The position numbers and the translations under genes were made by a program. Shown piece after piece: positions 7,798 through 14,662 of a DNA stretch of 64,000 nt. The stretch lies in assembly GCF_017469785.1 (NCBI RefSeq), contig NZ_JAFUFU010000008.1; one strand, 5' to 3'. The notes beneath the pieces were generated by a model. That model was given only the letters and a program-made list of their open reading frames with translations. It made no database searches and was not told where the DNA came from. Within the stretch, counting starts at the first letter, position 1; each line of letters starts with the position of its first letter. This stretch comes from Treponema sp. Its GTDB lineage: Bacteria; Spirochaetota; Spirochaetia; Treponematales; Treponemataceae.

Positions 7798-9015
7798 AGC
7801 TTTTGCGGATTGCAGCGGAAGCAAGGCAAGAAGCAGGGCAAGGGATGTGGATCCAAGAAGCCGGGCCTTCGTGATTTTGAGACGGGGGTCCTTTTCCTGG
7901 GCTTTTAGGATTGCGTTTTCAAGCCGGCGTTTTTTTTCTTCTCCGAAGTCGAAAAGTTCCTGCTGTCTGGGAGTGCTTTCGTCCTCGATGTTCTGAAGTC
8001 CCAGCCCTAAAAGCCTGATTCCAAGAGCCGTGTTCCGCTTTTTCCTTAGGAGACTTTTTGCCCTCTCAAAGAGGTCGTCCACGCTTGAGACATAACGCTC
8101 GCTGGTCTCCTGAACGCTGACTGTGGAAAAGTCTTCGTAGCGGATTTTCAGGGCCACTGTGCCGCTTCTCACTTTCTCCCTGAGGGAGCGGAACATGACC
8201 GTGTGTGAAAGGGAGAGAAGGGCCGTCTCGATGGCGTCCGTGTCGGTCAAATCGTATTCATAAGTGCTTTCCGCGCTGATTGAGCGGGATTTAGGCTCTG
8301 CATGGAAGTCAAGTCCCTCGTTTCCCCGCACCGCATTGTACAAAAATGAGCCGGCTGCATTTCCAAAAAGGCTCTGCAGAAGTTTTTCCGAGCGATTGTA
8401 GATGTCACGGGTACTTTTGATTCCGTAGTTTTCGAGTTTTTCCAGGGTCTTCTTTCCGGCTCCCCAGACTTTTGTAATAGGAAGGGAGAGCATGAATTCA
8501 CTTTCATGTCCTGGGGGCACGATTGTAAGTCCGTTTGGTTTTTCCAGCCCCGAGGCGATTTTTGCGCAGTATTTTGTGGAGGCAAGCCCCACCGAGACCG
8601 TGAGCCCTGTCTTTTCAAGCACTTCTTTTTTGAGCCGTCTCGCCGTCTCCTCTGGCGGGCCGAAAAGCTTTTCCGTTCCCGTAAGGTCTATGAAAGCCTC
8701 GTCAACGGAAATCTGCTGTATGTCAGGGGAATATTCCCTGAAAATCGCCATCACTTCCTCGCTCTTTTCGTGGTAGCGGCGCATGTCGGGACGCACATAG
8801 ATTCCATTGGGGCAGAGTTTTACCGCCTGAAAGGTTGGCATGGCTGAGTGCACTCCGAAGGCCCGCGCCTCATAGGAAGCCGTGGAGACGACTGATCTGC
8901 GGTCAGAAGGCAAGCCTCCCACAATGACAGGCTTTCCCCGGTAGTCAGGGTGGTCGAGCTGCTCGACAGAGGCGAAAAAAGCATCTAAATCCACATGGAG
9001 GAAAACCTTATTCAC
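3058..9015 (-). CDS. Single uninterrupted 1985-codon ORF: DNA polymerase IV module, internal signal peptide, and a ~1580-aa predicted outer-membrane protein
   Basis: There is no stop codon between the GTG at 9015 and the TAA at 3058-3060. See the sub-features and the finding. Confidence 0.7.
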   Translation of the reverse strand: MNKVFLHVDLDAFFASVEQLDHPDYRGKPVIVGGLPSDRRSVVSTASYEARAFGVHSAMPTFQAVKLCPNGIYVRPDMRRYHEKSEEVMAIFREYSPDIQQISVDEAFIDLTGTEKLFGPPEETARRLKKEVLEKTGLTVSVGLASTKYCAKIASGLEKPNGLTIVPPGHESEFMLSLPITKVWGAGKKTLEKLENYGIKSTRDIYNRSEKLLQSLFGNAAGSFLYNAVRGNEGLDFHAEPKSRSISAESTYEYDLTDTDAIETALLSLSHTVMFRSLREKVRSGTVALKIRYEDFSTVSVQETSERYVSSVDDLFERAKSLLRKKRNTALGIRLLGLGLQNIEDESTPRQQELFDFGEEKKRRLENAILKAQEKDPRLKITKARLLGSTSLALLLALLPLQSAKAENLSASEKRSSSTEKEADGAAGIVFDTSRLPLSDSGKFVSLFNHDFGEQNVEFFAEGYWKSTVTGGMTYSFGFGTTPTLSTTSPVFAQNVDLSLYFMLNHHWYFEAAFSDEFTKNTLAAGYIGEGYLKSLRISNRKILFPSIYSVDDVNRGIGGGENQAPGISASWKGYNWQADAVLRYDLLEAHEKTWYGKNAVSIKEISLSAYNTGSQYILPKASLIQKVKAVYVESSSGSYRDTKGRKYKKLDESQYLLLSSQKQILLSKDAKAYRQGGVLPAVAVTFYSAVSKSDFEPFFSKLKDWFGQSENVKIENYFYAMFVETAGDSGLAGKSIGEPYHSIDGEDCLFLQHPSGFSPFAVASRYDCGSSSASDAQIAYSSTGKADSSYSALIDEDNLSFASTDFFYPNHLYADISLSDDEETTDETEKLIHSSFPLAWEHPKIYLRTGENEDLCLQVRSFTPVNRLEIGTDAVAGTITVYKNGIIDPTAAYDSESGTITLSDAIANSDHITARWYEESEDSESGAVAAAGGLKYDFTDKVSADISASVRWSHSPEREFADSTYFSTGFATAASRVSYSGEFFSASNTMASSYENTNTTGFYRILGNDDSDGETYYLSKKAGIDLPSGFAPTLNEKSSSDITSTESTELKSQKNGTLDASDGSTDSEISGYAVPLDWDFSGITAGSGEDQAWAALSIYTPGLSSTLASSGTFSIAIKNPAADETFNSDKCALYLQLGVSADDDFSVEESDKIPTWKISDSTANQVKSAFDFTESAWQTVTVRLSDEDRSKISYLGDTNVRLILTSSAPSSLPSSGTILIGPYETGELTFTFSCDSEEVTGTNFQSTDPSLSSSKIKKFNRNSSNRVQNFEWEFSSDTDEKAEINFSRTFQEVDLSEYKKLSFFMKYKNKSGESDSERSVTVKLLRPKSNGKEETAIVYRIPDEKLSESWQEYTIDLTGGSDSMLTYLDRDILPTRLVILIDTKKSGSLLFDELYLSGNTPFIVMQDTARADYKITGPVLKTKNHEILKNLSVSATGNGATSIQTNHEGIKGNTLQTTGSLGFTLTKLKISTSASLSNAFKQEKASDSTQKNALSSAGHSIETERPLFSILSLSENYSYSASDGSLEKANSAKIDFSALNIPVSIQAETKAGSDSWSLSQETKTSSEAKIGPFSISAKAKAGQKILTDSAASSSQAGKEKFKTENYASSWIEITNLSFDTGDEKASKRTVGTEGKVTCSFETAKLKPAIFFESEGNYKSASKVTFTDSSKAGIEVPFSLQKNNFAFSWKKSAGSTAETEKGGGYGQDCENLSKRLNEKSYFLKALPVYDLASSSLSKEVMATDQDSNFYTGAYAFTWKRAFFANSYDFFIPQSAKLEASRDIRTGSNTSDFYQIKNTVNYTALNIFGRRGTLALFKIFESDEYASSMSAAVKIPRGEPSNYTFLVSGYIQASYYFSSGNYIKNGIEGSAEGKEDWKAKYTLVWKRKSDSSLAKGIAGIFNEEIITKITKITKTDSVNISINSASPSSSNGKVTRKYTVAYSHETETQLSKYVSLNTGIGAGYHANWGKSATLSATASIGGTIKF
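7798..7875 (-). other. Internal Sec-type signal peptide (aa 381-406)
   Basis: ITKARLLGSTSLALLLALLPLQSAKA|E has a basic n-region, a Leu/Ala h-region and an A-x-A cleavage motif. Confidence 0.6.
7891..9015 (-). other. dinB: DNA polymerase IV (Y-family) module, aa 1-375 of the long ORF
   Basis: VFLHVDLDAFFASVEQL, SVDEAFIDLTG, a little-finger-like C-terminal part, and normal DinB length. Confidence 0.9.
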
Positions 9016-11049
9016 TTATTCGACCTTCAGCTCCCGTTTTTCGCTTCGGAAAGTATTGGCTTCCTCTGTCCTGTAATAAGCCGTTATCTCAATTGAGGCG
9101 TTTGCTTTTGCCGGAGCCGCGTAGTCAATGGTAATCTGTCTCGGCGGATAGTCCGGAACGACGAACACATAGGAATCATTTCCCTGAGAGTCAGTGATGA
9201 GAGTGTATTTGTAGATTGAGTCATAAATCGGATGTGCCGTTTCTATTCCCCTGAGGGTAACTTCGTATCTGAGCGCATCTTCTTCTGAGCTGATGCTGAT
9301 GTGGTTCGTGTTCATGCCTGAAAACTCGTTTTTGCTGAGTTTTGCGGACAGGGTAAATTTTTCTTCACGTACAATTTTTGTCTCGATTTTTCCTGCTGCC
9401 CGCTCATAAGGACGGTAGATGAAGTGCGATATAAGGAAAATGACGAGAGAAATGAAGGCCAGAATTACGATGGTTGACAGAAAACCGTTCAGGATTATTT
9501 TTTTCATGGTGTAGCCTTTGATACCAGCCTGAACATTCAGCAATACGAGCATTCTCAGCCAGGTGATCTGGAATGGAAAAAGCCCCAGGGCAAGCATCAG
9601 GTTCCCGACTGGCGTGGCAAAGACCGTCCTCATCAGCTCTATGTCTTCCGCCTGCCTGATGATGATGAATCCGTGGGGCAGAAACGGAATGAACATGAGA
9701 AAAAAATAGACTATAAGGGATGGAAGGCGTTTCGCGCTCCTTGAGACATAAATTATGATATATTCAAGCGCAAAGATTACGAAAAGCGTCAGGTCCTGTG
9801 CCGAAAAAAGGAAGATGTTGAAGATGGCAACCACCAGAAGCAGATAGCCGTACATGAAGGCTGTGACCGAAATCTTCAGTATTCCCTGAACCGTAAAAAG
9901 CGCAGAGATGAAAATCATTGAGAATACTATTTTGATTCCATAAAGGACGATAGGATTCAGCTGGAAAAAAGAAGAGAGAATGGAGACGATGTGCTGTCCC
10001 AAAACAAGGGAAAGAAAAGACAGTGATACAGTGAAGGGAATCATGTAGCTTGATTTCTGGAATTCGTACTTGTGCCTTTCTCCGTTTTCTCCGATGAAAG
10101 AAAATGCACACAAAAGGAAAATCGTGAAAAGCCCCACTGACAGACAGGTGATGATGATTGTGCGCTCCGAGATGAAAACAGCCCGGAAAAGCGGCGAGCG
10201 GTTTATATAGAGATAGTGCTTGTCCCATTCACCGCTTCCGTCGGCGGTGTAGTTTTCGGAGAATTTCTTAAGGACAGACAAGCCCGTGTAATCTGAAAAA
10301 TGAATTTCTATTGAAGGGATATCATTGATGAAAAAATAGGAAAGCCTCTCCTGTCCCCGGACGATTCCCAGCCGGTAAATCGCGGAGACAATGTTTTCAA
10401 AGGAAAAGTCTCTCTTTTCGTCGTAGAAAGCGTCTGAAATTTGTTTCGTGAGCCACAGGGGCGTTGTGTTTTTGTAGCTTCCGGTGTATATCGAGGTCTC
10501 TGAATTTGGATCAAAGGAAAGCACAATGGCACAGCTTGAATCGGAGTCGTCAATGGATGCGGCGAAAACCTCGGTTCCGTTAACGGCTTTATGTGATATT
10601 TTGGGCGGGGTGTCAAGGGCCGAAAAAAGGATTCTTGCAGTCCACGTACGCTCCATTGCTTTAATGGAAGAAAGAAAATCGAGTATTCCCGGCTGGTATG
10701 CGATAAAATCTTCCTGAGTAAAGCAGAATATGACTTCCTTGCGACTTATGTCCTGAGAATCTGACTGTTCCGTCTCATTGCCTTTCAGCGACGGATCGAA
10801 TTCCACAATGATGTTGTATGCAAAATCATCCTGCCCTGTTGAGGTAAGCTGTTGCACATAAGCCGTGTATCCGTTTTTTTCAAGGGTAGCGGCGACTGAT
10901 TGAGAAAGTTTATTGCCAAAAATTGCCGTTTCTTCAGAAAATTTCTCCGGGAAAATTGAAAAATATGCCGAAAATAACAGAAGGGCAGAACTGATAATCT
11001 TGCGAAAAACCATTACAATAAGAATATAATTTGTCAGTTTACAATTCAA
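9016..11049 (-). CDS. Polytopic membrane protein with a ~290-aa extracytoplasmic N-domain, about 9 TM segments and a soluble C-domain
   Basis: N-terminal hydrophobic anchor, long hydrophobic core (aa ~300-540) and no recognisable catalytic motif. An alternative start at Met13 (11013) is possible. Confidence 0.6.
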   Translation of the reverse strand: MNCKLTNYILIVMVFRKIISSALLLFSAYFSIFPEKFSEETAIFGNKLSQSVAATLEKNGYTAYVQQLTSTGQDDFAYNIIVEFDPSLKGNETEQSDSQDISRKEVIFCFTQEDFIAYQPGILDFLSSIKAMERTWTARILFSALDTPPKISHKAVNGTEVFAASIDDSDSSCAIVLSFDPNSETSIYTGSYKNTTPLWLTKQISDAFYDEKRDFSFENIVSAIYRLGIVRGQERLSYFFINDIPSIEIHFSDYTGLSVLKKFSENYTADGSGEWDKHYLYINRSPLFRAVFISERTIIITCLSVGLFTIFLLCAFSFIGENGERHKYEFQKSSYMIPFTVSLSFLSLVLGQHIVSILSSFFQLNPIVLYGIKIVFSMIFISALFTVQGILKISVTAFMYGYLLLVVAIFNIFLFSAQDLTLFVIFALEYIIIYVSRSAKRLPSLIVYFFLMFIPFLPHGFIIIRQAEDIELMRTVFATPVGNLMLALGLFPFQITWLRMLVLLNVQAGIKGYTMKKIILNGFLSTIVILAFISLVIFLISHFIYRPYERAAGKIETKIVREEKFTLSAKLSKNEFSGMNTNHISISSEEDALRYEVTLRGIETAHPIYDSIYKYTLITDSQGNDSYVFVVPDYPPRQITIDYAAPAKANASIEITAYYRTEEANTFRSEKRELKVE

Positions 11050-11089
11050 GTGCCTTGGTGTATAATTCTAGTGAATAGGAGTGTGTTAA

Positions 11090-12256
11090 ATGCCTGCTGA
11101 AAAAAAGTTTATTTTGAACCTGCCGCTAAAGGTTATTCTTACTGAAGAAGGCACATCACACTTCATCAGCAACAAAAAAAAGCTTCTTCGCATTCGTCTT
11201 GCAGACAATCTTGAAGAATACGGCATTTCTCTCAATCCTTTCTCGCCCCAGTCGATTCAGAACATGATTATGGTCGATTACATTTCCAAAATCGAAATCT
11301 CCATGTCAGAATTCGTGTCTGTTCGTCAGGAAGTTATGGATTTGGCAAAAGTTGTCGTCTATTCAATTCTCTATAAGCAGTTTGACCGTCAGGTTTTTGC
11401 CGATGTCATCAAGTGCGACTGTGTGCGCAAGCATAACCGTGCCAATCCTAGCGAACTCATCGACGAGCGGACCAGAATCGAGGACAAGCAGCTTCGCGCA
11501 ATGATTTCTAAAAAAGAGAGCGTCATACGGCAGGCCAAAAAAGAAATCCTTGATCCTGTCTGGAAGTCTATCATGGAGAACAAAGAGTATTCTCTTGAAG
11601 AGCGCAATATCTATCTGCTCATGACAGAAAAATTCCTCAACAGGCTTTCTTTGATGAATTGGTACATCATCCTCAAATTTTTCAAAGATAAAGAGGGATT
11701 CTCTCAGATAAATATCGCAATCCGTCACCTTCTCCAGATTTATATGGAAAAGTCTCGTGTCGCTGAATACATTTCCATTCTTCTCATGGAACTTGCCCTC
11801 AATGCCGAAAACCAGAACCTCAAAAAAGAGGCAAAGGTCCTTTACAACGGCGTTGACGATTTGGATTCTCTGCTTTTTGACCCGGAAGTTCGCACCAAAA
11901 TCATAAATGAACTCAAACGCAAGCATGAGCTGGTGTCTCTTTCTTGGAAGCTCGGTGGCGGTTCTACGGCAATCGGCAAGCAGGGGCGCTTGCAGATTAT
12001 GGTCTTGAACAAAAGCGACGAAAATCAGGAAGCAAAGGCAAATATCGAAGACAAGATGGCTGCCGATACGAACAAGCGTTCCCTTATCGACTTCTACCGT
12101 GAGATTCCGGACGGTCAGGGAAGCACTGATTTGGGCCTCTATTACCTTTCATATCTTGACGATGCCTGTAAAAAACTGAACGTAAAATTCGAGTCTATCG
12201 TCAATCAGTTTGCAAATCAGGATTTGACAGTCATAAACTTGATTTTCAATTTCTAA
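11090..12256 (+). CDS. Hypothetical protein with a degenerate GHKL/SpoIIAB-like C-terminal domain
   Basis: An N-box-like LLMELALNAE and a G2-like GSTDLGLYYLSYL are present. The DxGxG box is not intact (MVLNKSDEN). Confidence 0.4.
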   Translation: MPAEKKFILNLPLKVILTEEGTSHFISNKKKLLRIRLADNLEEYGISLNPFSPQSIQNMIMVDYISKIEISMSEFVSVRQEVMDLAKVVVYSILYKQFDRQVFADVIKCDCVRKHNRANPSELIDERTRIEDKQLRAMISKKESVIRQAKKEILDPVWKSIMENKEYSLEERNIYLLMTEKFLNRLSLMNWYIILKFFKDKEGFSQINIAIRHLLQIYMEKSRVAEYISILLMELALNAENQNLKKEAKVLYNGVDDLDSLLFDPEVRTKIINELKRKHELVSLSWKLGGGSTAIGKQGRLQIMVLNKSDENQEAKANIEDKMAADTNKRSLIDFYREIPDGQGSTDLGLYYLSYLDDACKKLNVKFESIVNQFANQDLTVINLIFNF

Positions 12257-12913
12257 ATGCGTACAGTTTTATTTACTCTTTGCCTATCTTTTCTGGCTTT
12301 CTCTTTTTTTTCCTGTTCTGACAGCGAGGCGGATGTTGTTTCTGTTCAGGCTACGGCTGTTTTTGATTTTGAAGCCAATGACAAGCCTCCGGTGAGCAGA
12401 CTGGCTGTCTTTCTCCAAGTTACGAATGCACTTCAGCGCACGGATAGCTTTGCAGTGTCTCATGGAGAGTCCGGCTACTCATGGCTTGTATCTAAACCGG
12501 GGATTTTTACCGGCATGAATAAGAGCTATGCCTATTCTGTGAATCTCAAACCGCCAGAAAGCGAGGCAATTCCCACGGGAGCCTATTCAGTAACCTATTA
12601 TGATGCTGCCGGAAAGGAAGACTCAATGAATTTCGCCGTGAATTACGACAGCGGTCTCTTGCAGGCAACTCCTGAAAATTTCCGGGACTATCTTCCGAAC
12701 GCGGCTGAAAACGTTGCGATATACGATGAGGAAGGGGAGCTTCTGTTCATGGGAAAGGCCAAAAACTCATGGAAAACCCCCGCTGATATTCAAAAAGACT
12801 ATAAACTTGCTTTCTTGAAAAGAACCTGCTATGTAACGGCCGGTAATTCGGTGATATGCCTTATGCCGGGCGAAGTTCTAAAAGAAAGCGAAAAGGTGAA
12901 AATTGAAAACTGA
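12257..12913 (+). CDS. Lipoprotein, function unknown
   Basis: The signal peptide [20 protein letters not shown] contains a lipobox Cys. The ATG directly follows the upstream TAA. Confidence 0.7.
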   Translation: MRTVLFTLCLSFLAFSFFSCSDSEADVVSVQATAVFDFEANDKPPVSRLAVFLQVTNALQRTDSFAVSHGESGYSWLVSKPGIFTGMNKSYAYSVNLKPPESEAIPTGAYSVTYYDAAGKEDSMNFAVNYDSGLLQATPENFRDYLPNAAENVAIYDEEGELLFMGKAKNSWKTPADIQKDYKLAFLKRTCYVTAGNSVICLMPGEVLKESEKVKIEN

Positions 12914-13622
12914 AAACGAAACACTCGAAAGAAAATCTGACGGAATCCACCGTGAAATCCACACTTTCGTCCTGAGACAGGGGCATTTCACTGCATCGGA
13001 GCGTAAGGCCTACGAAGAAATGCACGATGTATTCTGCATTCCCTATTCAGAAGAAAAATTGGACTTCAAAAAAATCTTCGGGAACGAAAATCCGGTAGTA
13101 ATCGAAATCGGATTCGGCATGGGAAAGGCTACGGCAATCATCGCTTCCGAAAATCCACAGGTTAATTATCTGGGAATAGAGGTTCATAAGCCTGGGGTCG
13201 GTAAACTGCTCGGAGAAATCCGTGACCGCTCTTTAAAGAATCTGCGCATAATCGAGCATGACGCGATGGAAGTCCTTAAAAACCAGATTTCAGATTCTAG
13301 CGTCGCGGCTTTCCACATATTTTTCCCTGACCCATGGCAGAAAAAGCGGCACTTCAAGCGAAGGCTCGTGCAGCGTCCGCGCACCGACTTGATGACACAG
13401 AAACTCGCCGCTGGGGGCTACCTCTATTTTGTCACTGACTGGCTTCCCTATGCTGAATTCGGCTTGGAAGAGCTTTCGGCAACAGAGGGCTTGAAAAACC
13501 GCTACGATGGATTTGCACCTCATCAGGAATGGCGGCCGGAAACCCGTTTTGAGCAGAAGGGGCTTGACGCGAACCGCGTAATCAGCGAGCTTATGTTCGA
13601 GAAGATTTCAAAGGAAGCGTAA
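12903..13622 (+). CDS. trmB: tRNA (guanine46-N7)-methyltransferase
   Basis: [10 protein letters not shown] is the SAM motif, and [16 protein letters not shown] is a TrmB hallmark. The start codon is TTG. Confidence 0.9.
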   Translation: MKTENETLERKSDGIHREIHTFVLRQGHFTASERKAYEEMHDVFCIPYSEEKLDFKKIFGNENPVVIEIGFGMGKATAIIASENPQVNYLGIEVHKPGVGKLLGEIRDRSLKNLRIIEHDAMEVLKNQISDSSVAAFHIFFPDPWQKKRHFKRRLVQRPRTDLMTQKLAAGGYLYFVTDWLPYAEFGLEELSATEGLKNRYDGFAPHQEWRPETRFEQKGLDANRVISELMFEKISKEA

Positions 13623-13652
13623 AGGGGCAAAAGCTTCTTTCTTAATAATTCC

Positions 13653-13681
13653 TTGAAAATTTCAATATTTTGTGATATTCT
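13653..13681 (+). promoter_or_regulatory. Putative sigma70 promoter of the STAS operon
   Basis: TTGAAA at 13653-13658, a 17-nt spacer, then TGaTATTCT with the -10 at 13676-13681. Confidence 0.45.
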
Positions 13682-13692
13682 ATTAACTAGGA

Positions 13693-13720
13693 ATCTCTAA
13701 AAATTGCAATTTTTAGAGAT
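13693..13720. promoter_or_regulatory. Perfect 28-bp palindrome (operator or 5'-leader hairpin)
   Basis: ATCTCTAAAAATTG|CAATTTTTAGAGAT has 14-nt arms with no mismatch. It lies just downstream of the predicted -10 and 28 nt upstream of the ATG at 13749. Confidence 0.6.
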
Positions 13721-13748
13721 ACCCACTATCTTTTATTAGGAGCAAGCA

Positions 13749-14042
13749 ATGACTGTAACAAAAACACAGAGTGGAACTGAGGCAACTCTCAGCATTGAAG
13801 GCCGTCTTGATACTATCACCGCACCGGAATTAGAAAAGGAAATTACCGCTGTTAGCGATGCGTCTTCACTTGTAATTGATTTTTCCAGGCTTGATTACAT
13901 TTCTTCGGCGGGCCTCCGCGTTCTTCTTTCTGCACACAAAGCTTATGCTCGAAAAGGCGGGCTTACCATCACAAATGTAAATGATACTGTGCTTGATATT
14001 TTTGATGTTACCGGCTTCAAAGATATCCTCAACATAAAATAG
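13749..14042 (+). CDS. STAS-domain anti-sigma-factor antagonist (SpoIIAA-like)
   Basis: 97 aa. DFSRLDYISSAGLRVLL contains the conserved phosphorylatable Ser context. Confidence 0.85.
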   Translation: MTVTKTQSGTEATLSIEGRLDTITAPELEKEITAVSDASSLVIDFSRLDYISSAGLRVLLSAHKAYARKGGLTITNVNDTVLDIFDVTGFKDILNIK

Positions 14043-14050
14043 GAGTCCGC

Positions 14051-14647
14051 ATGAAATCTAATGTCTGTACTCTTCCGCGAGAGGCAAAGGATACTGCTTC
14101 TCTCTCGGATATTTTAAACGAAAGCGAAAAGGTTGCTTCTTACTGCGGCCTCGATAAAAAATCTTCCGGCAGGCTTCGGCTTCTCGCAGAGGAGCTTGTC
14201 GGTATGCTTCCTGAACTTTTGAGTTTTAGTTCCGGTGAATTTTGGATTGATTCAGAAGGCACAACTTTTGAGTTGCATACGGTTCTGACTCCGGACGAAA
14301 ACATGACATACGACCTGCGCGAAAAATTGCTGGCAGTCTCTTCAAATGGCAAAAATGAGGCTGCGAAAGGCATCATGTCAAAAATTCGTCTTGCTGCGGC
14401 CTTCATGCTTATTGACTATGAGGAAAATGCTTTCATAAACGAAGGATTTTATGCTGCTGGTCTTGACCCAAGTCAGGCTGTATATTCAGCCGTATGGAAC
14501 CTTGATACATATCGCCGAAAAGCAAAGGAAAAACAGGGCGAGGAATGGGACGAACTTGAGCGCTCAATTATTGCGAACATTGCGGATGACGTTTTGGTGG
14601 GCGTACAGGGAAAGCGGGTAGACATAATCGTAAAGAAAACATTCTGA
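14051..14647 (+). CDS. Hypothetical protein co-transcribed with the STAS gene
   Basis: AGGAG RBS and an 8-nt gap after the STAS stop. No Bergerat-fold or PP2C motif is recognisable. Confidence 0.5.
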   Translation: MKSNVCTLPREAKDTASLSDILNESEKVASYCGLDKKSSGRLRLLAEELVGMLPELLSFSSGEFWIDSEGTTFELHTVLTPDENMTYDLREKLLAVSSNGKNEAAKGIMSKIRLAAAFMLIDYEENAFINEGFYAAGLDPSQAVYSAVWNLDTYRRKAKEKQGEEWDELERSIIANIADDVLVGVQGKRVDIIVKKTF

Positions 14648-14662
14648 TTAAAAGCGCGAAAA

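Noticed and set aside
9764-10228. Numerous 60-190-aa ORFs antisense to or nested in long genes, for example 9764-10228, 11363-11926, 14738-15181, 53453-53950, 56649-57167 and 57213-57800.
   Set aside because: All lie entirely within well-supported genes on the other strand or in another frame. They have biased Arg/Ser/Pro-rich or low-complexity composition and no motifs. I treat them as shadow ORFs.
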